A DNA stretch of 64,000 nt from Eledone cirrhosa (GCA_964016885.1 OZ024740.1:207390001-207454000); one strand, 5' to 3'. Positions 14,551 to 26,950 are shown, numbered from the stretch's first letter. The notes: generated from the letters alone by a model not told the origin. Numbers and translations are program-made.

Positions 14551-15713
14551 GTGTTAGTTCAAGCTACTACATATACCGTTACTTATGTGTTAGTTCAATA
14601 TACTTCATATACCGTTACTTATGTGTTAGTTCAAGATACTTCATATAGCGTTACTTATGTGTTAGTTCAAGCTACTACATATACCGTTACTTATGTGTTA
14701 GTTCAAGCTACTACATATACCGTTACTTATGTGTTAGTTCAAGCTACTACATATACCGTTACTTATGTGTTAGTTCAAGATACTTCATATAGCGTTACTT
14801 ATGTGTTAGTTCAAGCTACTACATATACCGTTACTTATGTGTTAGTTCAAGCTACTACATATACCGTTACTTATGTGTTAGTTCAAGATACTTCATATAG
14901 CGTTACTTATGTGTTAGTTCAAGCTACTACATATAGCGTTACTTATGTGTTAGTTCAAGCTACTACATATACCGTTACTTATGTGTTAGTTCAAGCTACT
15001 ACATATACCGTTACTTATGTGTTAGTTCAAGCTACTACATATACCGTTACTTATGTGTTAGTTCAAGATACTTCATATAGCGTTACTTATGTGTTAGTTC
15101 AAGCTACTACATATACCGTTACTTATGTGTTAGTTCAAGCTACTACATATACCGTTACTTATGTGTTAGTTCAAGATACTTCATATAGCGTTACTTATGT
15201 GTTAGTTCAAGCTACTACATATACCGTTACTTATGTGTTAGTTCAAGCTACTACATATACCGTTACTTATGTGTTAGTTCAAGATACTTCATATAGCGTT
15301 ACTTATGTGTTAGTTCAAGCTACTACATATACCGTTACTTATGTGTTAGTTCAAGCTACTACATATACCGTTACTTATGTGTTAGTTCAAGCTACTACAT
15401 ATACCGTTACTTATGTGTTCATTCAAGCTACTACATATACCGTTACTTATGTGTTAGTTCAAGCTACTACATATACCGTTACTTATGTGTTAGTTCAAGC
15501 TACTACATATACCGTTACTTATGTGTTCATTCAAGCTACTACATATACCGTTACTTATGTGTTCATTCAAGCTACTACATATACCGTTACTTATGTGTTC
15601 ATTCAAGCTACTACATATACCGTTACTTATGTGTTAGTTCAAGCTACTACATATACCGTTACTTATGTGTTAGTTCAAGCTACTACATATACCGTTACTT
15701 ATGTGTTCATTCA
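14551..15713. repeat. 36-bp minisatellite, about 32 copies (GTGTTAGTTCAAGCTACTACATATACCGTTACTTAT)
   Basis: Direct periodicity with linked variants (GATACTTCATATAGC and TTCATT). Confidence 0.98.
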
Positions 15714-16229
15714 TGCCCCGTGGTCGGCTCACACGGCGGCAATATTATTATTACAACTCCATCATCCAGCTTTACTGGAGTTCTATCATCATCAGAAGAT
15801 TGCCACCGGGCATATAACACTATATAACGAGATATAGAGTAAGTAGCCTGAATTAATACAATATATTATCACTCACTTTCTTCTTAAAATAGAATCGAAA
15901 GTGAAATAATAGAAAGTAGAAGGAAAGAAAGAAAGAAAGATATTCTAAACTATGTTTGATAAAGAGGGGAAGTTTTCCGGAAATAATAGAACGGAACGTA
16001 GAAATTGTTGACTGAAGTATCTGATGGTTTACTGGAGAGGAAGAAACACTTGAGCCATCTGTAGTGGTGGGGGTGGCTTAAACCGTTCATTATTAACGTT
16101 ATTACCTTATATCTTACATCCCCTCCTACTTCTCCATCTGTCTTTGTTGGCTGTTATTTTTAACCATCTCTAGCAGGAAGGTAGTGTATAAGTATGAGTG
16201 GGTGGGTGGGGGAAAGTATATGTATGTAT

Positions 16230-16243
16230 ATATATACAAAGCC

Positions 16244-16286
<43 letters not shown>

Positions 16287-16311
16287 TTTATTCCATTATA
16301 TATATATACAG

Positions 16312-16351
<40 letters not shown>

Positions 16352-16761
16352 GAAGTCTTTTATATATATATATGTACAGTCTTTTTTGGCAGTATCAGTA
16401 GAGGGTTGGACGCCATGCTTTCTAGCATAGTTACGTCCCTTTACAGTCTGAGTTCAAATCCCGCCGAGGTTAACTTTGCCTTTCATCCTTACGGGGTCGA
16501 TAAAATAAAGTACCAGTAATGTACTGGGTAATTGCTGGCCTTGTGCCTAAAGTAGAAACAATTATATATATATACATATATATATATAAAATCTTTTATA
16601 TATATATATATATATATACAAAGTCTTTTATATATATATATACAAAGTCTTTTATATATATATACAAAGTCTTTTATATATATACAAAGTATTTTATATA
16701 TATATATATACAAAGTCTTTTATATATATATATACAAAGTCTTTTATATATATACAAAGTC
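16230..16761. repeat. Composite (TA)n-CAAAGTCTTTTA repeat, continuing at 19780-19945 beyond the LINE
   Basis: The same unit lies on both sides of the CR1 insertion. Confidence 0.85.
16387..16563 (+). mobile_element. SINE family B
   Basis: TGGCAGTATCAGTAGAG...GAGTTCAAATCCCGCCGAGG...GTAGAAACAATTAT. Confidence 0.9.
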
Positions 16762-19700
16762 ACACCAGTGCTGCTGCTGAATGTCAGAGGCCTGGTGAAA
16801 CTCAGCAACATGAGTAAAATTTCCTACCTGGGATACTTTGCCATAAGCAATCAAGCATTATGCATGGCACTAACCGAAACGCACCTGACAAGCAGTGTAG
16901 CAGATGCAGAAATACATATACCGAAATATACTGTATTTTGTTCGGACAGGAAGGAGAGAACTCATGGTGGGTTGCTCTGTATATCCGTGAAGATGTCACG
17001 CCAATTGTACTGTTGACACATTCAAACTCAGTCTGTGACACACTGATAGTACACATGAAGCAACTACAGACAGTAATATGTGTCACATATCGGCCGCCCG
17101 ATGCCCCCAGTCATGAGGGTAAATTTGAGGATAGCCTAAGTAGGATAGAACTGGACCAGTGTCTCAACATTCTACTGCTGGGAGACTTCAGCCTACCAAA
17201 GGTCAAATGGCCTGAGGGCCACCTCCTCCCTGGAATGACGTCAATAGAACAGAGACAGACGGAATCCCTACTGGCCCTCACACACAGGCTGTTCATGGAG
17301 CAAGCAATACTCCTCCCAACAAGAGGCGAAAATGTCCTGGACCTCTGTTTTACAAACAACGAAGTTCTCATCCACAATGTAAAGGTGACACCAACAATTC
17401 TCTCGGATCATAACTTAGTAGAACTAATGATATGTGGTCCGAGAGAACCAACAGAGACAAAACCACCAAGAAGCTCCGGGACGTTATCCAGCCTTAACTT
17501 CTACAAGGTTAACTGGAAAAAGATTAAGAGAGAAATCCGGAAGCAATCATGGAGTGAAAACACCGCCACACAAGACACTAACACACAATTTCAACACTTC
17601 ATGACAACGATACACACTATATGCAAAAAGTTTGTCCCGGAGAAAAAGGCCAACAGACACAAAAATCTTATTCCCAGAGATAGGAAAATCCTTATGAGAC
17701 GTAGAACCAAGCTCTCAAACCAGTTGAATGCTCAACAAGAAAACAAAAACAAGAAGGAATCCTATCTGAAATGTGCACTACTTGGCACCGAGATTGCACT
17801 CATGAAAATGAGAGGGCAAAGAAAGAGAACAGGGCCATAGAAAACATCAAAACAAACCCTAAGGCCTTCTTTAAATTTGCAAAAGAAACTGCCTCGGTAC
17901 ATTGCAAGATTGGGCCACTCTTCCATAAGGACGGTTCGTTAACCGAAAACCCCCAAGAGATATGTGAAATACTGAACGAACAGTACAGAAGTGTGTTCAC
18001 TGAGGCACATGCAAATAACGAAGCCAGAGGAGTTCTTTGATGCTACAACACTACATGAAGAAATGGCGACCATCAACCACATAGACATAACGGAGGAGGA
18101 TGTGGTGTACGCCATAGATGAAATTAGAACAGACTCAGTTGCTGGACCTGATGGATTCCCAGCAGTTCTCTTAAAAACATGTAAGCGGGCCTTAGCAACT
18201 CCACTGAAGATGCTCTTCAGAAGCTCCTTGGCTAGCGGTGTACTACCCAGGGAGCTGAAAGAAGGCACAATATGCCTTATCCATAAAGGAGGTAGCAGAG
18301 CGTTGGCCAAAAACTATAGACCAATCTCCCTGACGTCGCATATCAGTAAGGTCATGGAGCGAGTCGTCAGAAAGAAACTGATCACTTTCCACGAGGAAAA
18401 TGACCGCCTGACTAGCACGCAACATGGCTTCCGCCCAGGAAGAAAGCTGCCTTACACAGCTGCTACATCACTACGACTGGGTACTGAAACAACTACTAGA
18501 TAGCTCACATGTGGACGTGATATATCTTGACTTTGCGAAGGCCTTTGACAAGGTCAACCACGGAATGATATGTCACAAACTACACGGACTCGGCATAACT
18601 GGAAAAGTAGGTGAGTGGCTGCATGACTTCCTAAAGGACAGAAGCCAGACAGCCGCAGCAAATGGGGCCCTCTCAAAGGAAACACCAATAACAAGTGGGG
18701 TGCCCCAGGGGACAGTCCTGGGACCACTACTGTTTTTGGTGGCTCTCTCAGCCATGCCCTCTGTAGTACATACAATAACATCCCTCACTAGCTATGCTGA
18801 TGACACTAAGGTAGCACAGGCAATCAAAAACCCGGCTGATGCTGCCCTTTTACAACAAGATCTGGATGCCATATACAAATGGGCGGAAGAAAACAACATG
18901 CAGTTTAATGCTGGCAAATTCCAAGCCCTACAATACAAACCTCCAAACAAACCTGCAAACACAAATATAGTACAACACAACTACACAGGACCAGGAGGGA
19001 CCGATATCCCCGTGTCAAAATCGATACGAGACCTGGGCATAGACATGAGCGATGATGCATCTTTTTCCTCACACATCATGAAAGTGGCGACATTGTGCAG
19101 ACGACTCGCTGGCTGGATCTTGAGGACTTTCCGGACAAGAGACCGAGACACCATGTTGACACTATGGAAGACATTTGTCCTAAGCCGCCTGGACTACTGC
19201 TCCCAGTTGTGGTCACCCCATAGTGTCAAACTAACCACGGAGCTTGAGGCAATCCAGCGAAGCTACACCAAGAGGATTGCCACGATGAAGGAGACAAGCT
19301 ACTGGGAGAGGCTGAAGGAACTGAACCTCTACTCCTTGGAACGAAGACGGGAGAGATACGCAGTGATCTACATGTGGAAAATCCTGGAGGGACTAGCACC
19401 AAACTTTGGCATTGGGAGCTGGACCAACCGCCGAACAGGACGTCACTGTGTGGTGCCAAAGGTCCCGTCTTCCACATCTAGAATAAGGAGCAGGTATTAC
19501 AATAGCCTGGGATTCAAGGGCCCTCAACTCTTCAACAAGCTGCCGAGGGATCTGAGAGATTTGCATGACGTGGAGGTGGATGTCTTCAAGAAACATCTCG
19601 ACACCTTGCTATCCAGGATCCCGGATGAGCCCACAGCAAGGCACGAGGGAAACCTAAGGGCAGCAGCAACAAACTCCCTATTACACCAGTGGCCAACCTA

Positions 19701-19779
19701 TACAGGCTGGAGATAAAATGTGTAGCAACAAGGGCGGTGCCCCAGCCGGATGGCTGAAACAGGTAAAAGAGTAAAAGAG
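16762..19779 (+). mobile_element. CR1-type LINE, near-complete ORF2 (APE endonuclease + RT) broken by about 4 frameshifts, 5'-truncated
   Basis: APE motifs LLNVRGL, LTETHL, YRPP, LLGDF, PTR..NVLDL, SDH. RT motifs GPDG, YRPISLTS, QHGFR, DFAKAFDKV, GVPQGTVLGP, YADD. C-terminal LDYCSQLWSP and SYWERLKELNLYSLERRR are typical of CR1. Tail (TAAAAGAG)2; TSD TATACAAAGTC at 16751-16761 and 19780-19790. Confidence 0.93.
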
Positions 19780-19867
19780 TATACAAAGTCTTTTATATAT
19801 ATACGTGAAAGTCTTTTATATATATATATATATAGACACAAAGTCTTTTATATATATATATACAAAG

Positions 19868-19910
<43 letters not shown>

Positions 19911-20021
19911 AAGTCTTTTATATATATATATATATATAAAAGACTATGTTTTTGCATCTGTGAGTTTGTTTTATTTATTTGTTCAACTACATATATAGTA
20001 TACATATATATATAATATAGT

Positions 20022-20390
20022 AAAGAGTCCATCGTCACGATAAATTCCACCGCGAAGTTGAGGAATTTTCCGACTCAAAGAGTTCAAAATGAAGATACCA
20101 ATTAAATCAGTCAATTGGGATGAATCAGATGCTCCCATTGTGATGTCGAAGTTGTTAGAGGTATCGGCTCTGGTCCAATATTCGTTGTTGAACTCTAGGA
20201 TGGTTTTACGTGCGGTGAGGATGATGTGAAGTTCATCTGTGGTGATGTCAGAATATTTAAGTGCGAAAGATAGAGCATTATTGAGAAGTGAAGGCGAAAT
20301 GGAGGAATAGTAGCTGGCAATATCAAATTGAATAAATTTTAGTTTGTTTTTATTATCCAATTTGTTGAACCAGCCAATCACTTCAGAATT
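20022..20390 (-). mobile_element. Penelope-like element reverse transcriptase fragment
   Basis: FIQFDIASYYSSI...FDITMGASDS...GIYRDDGL matches PLE RT motifs A, B' and C. Confidence 0.85.
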
Positions 20391-20790
20391 TAATTTTCAA
20401 ATTCCTTTAATTTATACATTATCTTCCAACGGTTCCCAACCTCTCTATGTTAAAACAATATATCTTTTTCTCAGTTATAAAAACTATCTCTTTCTCTCTA
20501 TCACCCATCTCTCCCTCTCCACCTTCACTCTCATCTCCTCCCCCTTTTTTTCATCCCCCCCTCCCTAAATAAAATATTTTTTCCTCGCACATATCCTCCC
20601 TTCGTTAATTTTCAAAATTTTTAATTTATACAGTATCTTCCAACGGTTTTCAACCTCTCTATGTAAAAAATATATCTCCTCTCAGTTATAAAAACTATCT
20701 CTTTCTCTCTATCACCCATCTCTCCCTCTCATCTCCTTCCCTTTTCATCCTTTCCACCCCCCCCCCCTCTAAATAAAATATTTTTCCCAA
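20389..20790. repeat. Diverged tandem duplication of about 215 bp
   Basis: TCTCAGTTATAAAAACTATCTCTTTCTCTCTATCACCCATCTCTCCCTCTC occurs at about 20469 and 20680. Confidence 0.85.
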
Positions 20791-20880
20791 TATCACACAT
20801 CAATCTAAAACCACTTTTCATATGTTGATTTAAAACTGCACTATCCACAAGTGTTTTTTAGCCTTCATATCATGTTCTCC

Positions 20881-20951
20881 TGTTTTATCTGATGAAAACA
20901 CAAATATTATTGCATGATGATGTTTGTTTTTGAAATGCGCATAATAAAATA
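20881..20951 (+). ncRNA. Type I hammerhead ribozyme motif with intact core
   Basis: Stem I TGTTTTAT/ATAAAATA (8 bp); CTGATGA at 20889-20895; stem II with 15 of 16 positions paired (including G-U) and loop GCAT; GAAA at 20932-20935; palindromic stem III ATGCGCAT; predicted cleavage after AUA (20943). Confidence 0.8.
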
Positions 20952-21221
20952 CATGGAACTCCTTTAACCATCTTTTGATCTTATATTATGCATACTCCAG
21001 TCCTACAAACTGTAGAGTGCTTCTTATCCGATATCTGCATTGCTTTATTGTACTACAATAAAACTCACCTCCTACATATATATATAATATATATAGTTTG
21101 TAACGAACAAAGAATAACGTACAATACATAAAGCAAAATGTGCGAGCGTGTGTGTCTATATATATATATACAATGATATTAAATAAATGGAAACTATATT
21201 TATAAAACCATATTTATTCTA

Positions 21222-21275
21222 TTATATATATTTCAAGGATACCAAAACTTTGGTACGCTCTCATCAGATAAAATA
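21222..21275 (-). ncRNA. Hammerhead-like motif (core and long stem II; stem I degenerate)
   Basis: Minus strand reads TTTTAT-CTGATGA-GAGCGTACCAA AGTT TTGGTATCCTT-GAAA-TATATA. Confidence 0.55.
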
Positions 21276-21356
21276 CAAAATTTGTTTTATAAATTTTGAC
21301 ATATCCAGAAAGATCTTAACGGTTCAAGTTTTTCTGGAAATATTATTACAACAATA

Positions 21357-21547
21357 TGACCCTCCCCAAGTATAACAATATTTGTTTCAACACACGATTT
21401 CATATCAAAATTCTCGCAAAAAAAAAAAAAAAAAAAAAAAAAAATAATAATAATATATATATATATATATACATTTGTGTTTTTTTGCGAGGTTTTTGAT
21501 ATGAAATCGTGTGTCGAAACAAATATTGTTATACTTGGGGAGGGTCA
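21357..21547. repeat. Fold-back element with arms of about 65 bp around an A/TA spacer
   Basis: TGACCCTCCCCAAGTATAACAATATTTGTTTC...TCGCAAA and its reverse complement ending TATACTTGGGGAGGGTCA. Confidence 0.9.
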
Positions 21548-21709
21548 ACAATATTGCCAGAAATAATAACAGAACACACTCACTGTTTGGTTGGTTTTTG
21601 CTTCTGTATCTTTTATATCTCCACAGTTAATTCATTTGGTCCTCAATGTTTATCATTGACTGACCAACGGTCAAAAATACAGATATAAATACATATATAT
21701 ATATATATA

Positions 21710-21757
21710 GTCTAATAAAGTTCTTTCGTTGCACATCTGCAACATCATCAGTGGTAC
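21710..21757 (-). ncRNA. Degenerate hammerhead-like motif
   Basis: Minus strand reads GTACCA-CTGATGA-T-GTTGCA GATG TGCAAC-GAAA-GAACTT; a partial inverted copy lies at about 25308-25342. Confidence 0.5.
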
Positions 21758-21825
21758 TATTATATTTCCTCCTGTTGTATTGCATGTCTACGCCGGCATA
21801 TTACGATATGACCCTCCCCAAGTAT

Positions 21826-21860
<35 letters not shown>

Positions 21861-23793
21861 CACGTATACATAGGTGTCAAGTATGTCCTTGTCTTTGAGA
21901 TTACGTATGGGGGTCGGTGTGTGTATGTATGTGTGTAAAAGATAAAAAAAGAACGAAAAAGTCCCACAAAATAAAGTTAGACCTTTGTTTTTATCTAATT
22001 AGCTTCCCTCTCAATATTTCTCACTTACCCCCCCCCCCCCCCCGTCTTAATATTTCTCTCTCTTACACTCTCACCGTTTCTACCCTCTTTTCTTTTACTC
22101 CCTCACTATCTGTATTTCTTTCCCTTTCTGTATGTTATTCACTTCTACCACGCCTCTCGTCTGTCTCTTACACCTTCCTACTTCCCCCACTCTCTATATA
22201 TATATTACTCCCTCCTACCCCACCCACTCTCACCTATATATTACCCTTGTATTTTAACCCCCCCCCCCCCACTCCATCCTACCCGACCTCCCCTCACCTG
22301 TATGTTCTCTCCTACAAAAATAAAAACAACAAAAACTTCGTTACGGAACATATTTCGACATTCGTCATATCCACCCTAGGAAAGAAATTCCCCCAAAATC
22401 ACACACTAGAGCCCTAAAAAGAAAGGCACATTAAATAATAAATACCACAATCATCACAACATCAATACCCCCCCCCCCCCCCTCTGCACACATCACTTCG
22501 CCACCATTTTATTTCAGTAGGTCTTCCCTTCCTATCAGCTACAGATATGCGACTGTGTGGAGAAACGCTCCCTTGCTTACGGGTATCTTTCTCAAAACTA
22601 GAAGGGTGGAAGGCAATACCACAAGGCACCGGTTAATTGGACACACAGCTGTAAGAAGCTCTAAGTTTAAGCTGAGATGGTTTGGTGTAGTAATTGCTGG
22701 AAAACATGAGACACACACCTACACACAAAGACCAAGTTTTCAGCGATGTCGTATTGTAAAAATAACAATAATATGATGTTCCTTCTAGGTTTGCCCCAAG
22801 GTCACAAATTTAAAAGGAGAATACCAGAGTGAATTTATCCGAATCACCTCATTATAGTAGTTTACTGTTGTTGATCCAGGCTTGCTTATTCGTCTGGCAG
22901 TTGCCCGCTTGTATCACAACTAGCCATCATATCTGGTGGCCATATCGCTATCCGCCACCTGCGACCCGTTCTCTAGCAGAACAGCTCTGCCTAAAAGAAT
23001 AACAACAATACCTCATTATAACACCGGTACTTATTTTTTATCAAGGTCGCTATGAAGAGATTTGATCTCAAACGTAAAAGACAGTGTCAAGCTTACCACA
23101 TTGTCGCTCAACACCATAAATATATACAATGCAAGAGAGAAGATAGGGTGATATTTTCGCCTAAATCTCAGCTTAACATTATAACATGCCATTCTAGATG
23201 ACACGTAAAGAAAACCTATATTTATTTAAACTAAAAGCTTCAGCCCAATTAATCTAACGAACAATTATGGCTGTCATAGGTTAGACAGCTCTATACAAAA
23301 TCATATGTAGGAAACACAACTCTATATACAAACAGAGAGGGAGAGTGAAGTGGGGAGAAGAACGACACAACTCTATACACATTCACATTTCTACATATAC
23401 AAGCGAGACCAATGGAGGGATATATGGGCTGGTTGCCATGGGCTACTCTTCTCAAGTTTTAGTTATCTTATTCTGTTCTGTTGCTTTTAGATACTGTATA
23501 TCGTGTACATGTGTAACCCATCCATAAACCATATGTATTCAGTACTGGTTATTAAAATACTTAAACGGTTTGAAATGGTGCCTGCATTTCACATCTGGTT
23601 TGGGCCTATTACCAGCTTCAGAGTGGCGAGGTGGTGGGGAAATTCCATTTTACATCTGCCTTGGGCCTATTATTAGTTTTGCACAGGCTTGTAATGAGGT
23701 GCGCAAACATTAGTAAAAACAAATACTCGAGTCGTTGGTTAAAATATATATTTTAAAATTCACAGCTTATATGTGAACCGTCAACAACCACAT

Positions 23794-23864
<71 letters not shown>

Positions 23865-23879
23865 CATCTTCAAGATGTC

Positions 23880-24370
23880 TCACATTCATTTACCAGGAGG
23901 CGTTGATCTCATCAGGCGGTGCCCAACGTCCATTCGGTGTTTCGACCCTCAACCGTAATACCCTCTCGCTGGTGGGTCAGCATTCGTAGCCAAATTACTG
24001 CTCATCTTCGTATCCTGACGTCTAGCTTATCTCCTCTCTCTTGCTCCAAAGCCAACAAGAGACCCTTTCTGGTGCCTCCCCCCAACCTGCGAATTACAAC
24101 CTTCTTCTCTCTTCCTGTCATTCCAATGGCCGTGAGCATTCTCCACACTGAGTGAGCCGGGAATCTCCTGTAGCCCACCTCAAATGGAAATAGCCATGCC
24201 TGCCAACCTTTCTCCTTGCACTTCTCTGCACAAGTTCTTGATATTTGGCATTCTTTCGCTCAAGGGGGGTAGCTGCACTATTCTTCCCATGGGACTGTAG
24301 GTTCAATCAGGATTATCATTTTCAACTTTCGGACCAAAGTACTACACCTGGCCTCAGGGATGTTTGCCAA
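23880..24370 (-). mobile_element. 3' fragment of an RLE-type non-LTR retrotransposon (Hero/R2-like), frameshifted
   Basis: Across frames: LRPGVVLWSES, IE.TVPWEE, ERKNAKYQELV, KGWQAWLFPFEVGYR, SVWRML. Confidence 0.75.
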
Positions 24371-24382
24371 CCCCGTATATAT

Positions 24383-24550
24383 GAGCTGCTATAGGACTAG
24401 AACTGTTTCATTCGTGAGAAATCACAGGCTTCCTGATAATTTCTCACGTATGAAACAGTTCTAGTCCTGTAGAAGCTCTTCTATATTAAAACTTTTATAC
24501 TCTGTGTATTGAGTACCTTACTTACTGTTACCTCTGATTCAACCCGGAAT
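24383..24550. mobile_element. Short repeat family F with inverted partial copy (fold-back)
   Basis: Arms at 24383-24428 and 24432-24478. Related copies at 35760-35949, 55197-55330, 56843-56895 and 57470-57669. Confidence 0.8.
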
Positions 24551-24673
24551 AACTTATATTTCGACGTTTATCCGACTACACCTACATATACAACGTCCGA
24601 CCACTTTCAATTTATATAGTAGATATATATATGTGTATGTGTGTGTTTGCATGCATATATATATGTGTGTATG

Positions 24674-24743
<70 letters not shown>

Positions 24744-24984
24744 TATGTGTATGTGTATATATACATATATTTTTGTGTATATATATATATATGTGTGTGT
24801 CTGTGTGAGTGCGCGTGTCTGTGTGTGAATGTAGCGAAGATAATACGCCAGCAATGACGTTTTGCAGACAGCCAGTCATACAGACAGATATTATAAGAGC
24901 GCGACGGAGATGGATAACCGGCGCCTAACACCCTTTAACAACAGAAAATAAAAAAAAAAAGCGGCAGTTAATATCTTTAGACCA

Positions 24985-25077
24985 CAAGGAATATATAAAT
25001 GCAAGTTTGAAGTCAATCGGAGTAGAAATGTGGATTTGTATAGACTTTGCAAAAATGAGGACACACAGACAACATCA

Positions 25078-25085
<8 letters not shown>
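24985..25085 (+). mobile_element. Possible Helentron/DINE-like element 3' end
   Basis: GCAAGTTTGAAGTCAATCGG...GTGGATTT...ACACACAGACAACATCAGTTTTATATA; recognised from general similarity only. Confidence 0.4.
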
Positions 25086-25136
<51 letters not shown>

Positions 25137-25492
25137 ATACTTGGGGAGGGTCATATTTGTGTAATAATATTGCCAGAATTAATAACAGAACACACTCACT
25201 GTTTGGTTGGTTTTCGCTTCTGTGTCTTTTACATCGGTTAATTTAATTTATTCGGTCCTCAATGTTACCATTGACTGACCAACGGTCAAAAATACAGAAA
25301 TAATATAGATGCAGATGTGCAACGAAAGAACTTTGATAGACTATATATATATATGTGTTTGTGTCTATATTGTTTGCTTAAACTTTAATCTGTTATTTTA
25401 ATAAATATTTGCTCTACGGTTCTTATATATTTGATATATATATTATCCTTATCGAGCCCTCTTTGGATTTTAGTCTTCAAATTTATTATTAT

Positions 25493-25548
<56 letters not shown>

Positions 25549-25614
25549 TTTCTGAATTTGTTTAACAAGATTCTTTATCTGAAAACGCGTGTTGGCAACA
25601 TGACCCTCCCAAAG

Positions 25615-25659
<45 letters not shown>

Positions 25660-26342
25660 AGCTTTTCCTTCAAACATGCTGTATTGAAAACCCAGTGTTG
25701 TATATAATCCCATATACTTATGATGAAGGGCTGAGAAGGAGTGAGAAAAAGAGGAAGTACAGTGGTGAAAAGGAGGGGGTAGTTGAGGGGGTGAGAAGGA
25801 AGGGGAAGTAAAGAGGGTGAAAGAGGGTTTACAGGAGTTCAAAAAACAAACATGTCTTCGTTCAGTCGGTAAGATCAATTGAAGTTTTACCGACAGGTGA
25901 GTCAAGTAGTTAATAATGTTTATTGAAATATAATCACCGTGTCAGTGAGGTGGTAGTGTTGGTGGTGTTGGTGGTCCTCAATGTATTTCACCAGCTTACA
26001 AACGTAAACATTATTTGCAGGTGGTCGTAGATCAGCAATGAGTGTGTGTGTCAGACAAGGCCATGGCCGAGTGGTAAAACGTTTGCTGCGTAATCCTAAG
26101 GTGCCGGATGGATATCTCACTGTGTGACATCTTTGGCAGGTCACACCTGCCACCTTCCTTCCTTTTTTAAACACACATACACCGGTGTGTCGCTGAACCA
26201 TGTGGTTTCGGGTTCACTTTTATCTGTGTGACCCCTTTCTTTAAAGTCGTCCTGACCTCTCACTTTCTCATATATACATACACACGCATACACATATATA
26301 CATAATACAGACACAAAAATTACACACACCCATTGTCTTTGA

Positions 26343-26377
<35 letters not shown>

Positions 26378-26380
<3 letters not shown>

Positions 26381-26754
26381 TGAATCTTCGCTTATCCGGA
26401 CGGTCAAAACCAAACAGTTAGAAAAAGATCCGGTTAAGTGAAATATCCGGATAAGTGAATTCTAAAATCCCATTGTTACATAATGCTCGTGGTTTCTAAT
26501 GTTTTGGCTTCTTTTAGTCAAAATAAAAGACAAATGCTAAGTAAAGAAAGTTTATTAGAATAACAAAAGAACAGCTAGAATTTATAAGAAAATTAATTAA
26601 ACAAACATAAGAATAACTAAAAACTTGGTAAAACTGAATTGAGTCAAACCATAAAAAGTTAGTACTTTTTTAAAAATGAATAAATAGTAGTATAGAAATA
26701 ACCGTCCAGTAAATCGAATTTCGGAAACGCGATATCCGGATAAGCGAAGATGCA

Positions 26755-26759
<5 letters not shown>
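26378..26759. mobile_element. pogo/Tc1-type MITE, about 380 bp
   Basis: TIRs AGTGAATCTTCGCTTATCCGGA and TCCGGATAAGCGAAGATGCACTG followed by TA; internal ATCCGGATAAG sub-repeats. Confidence 0.85.
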
Positions 26760-26813
<54 letters not shown>

Positions 26814-26894
26814 CAGTGCATATATATAAATGCCCCTTTTCTTGGAGCTGAATTATTGTAAACGACTGAGAGTTTATTCTCAAAATATAATATA

Positions 26895-26948
<54 letters not shown>

Positions 26949-26950
26949 GT

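Noticed and set aside
18797-18803. CTGATGA inside the CR1 element
   Set aside because: It is the coding sequence of the YADD motif, with no stem II or GAAA.
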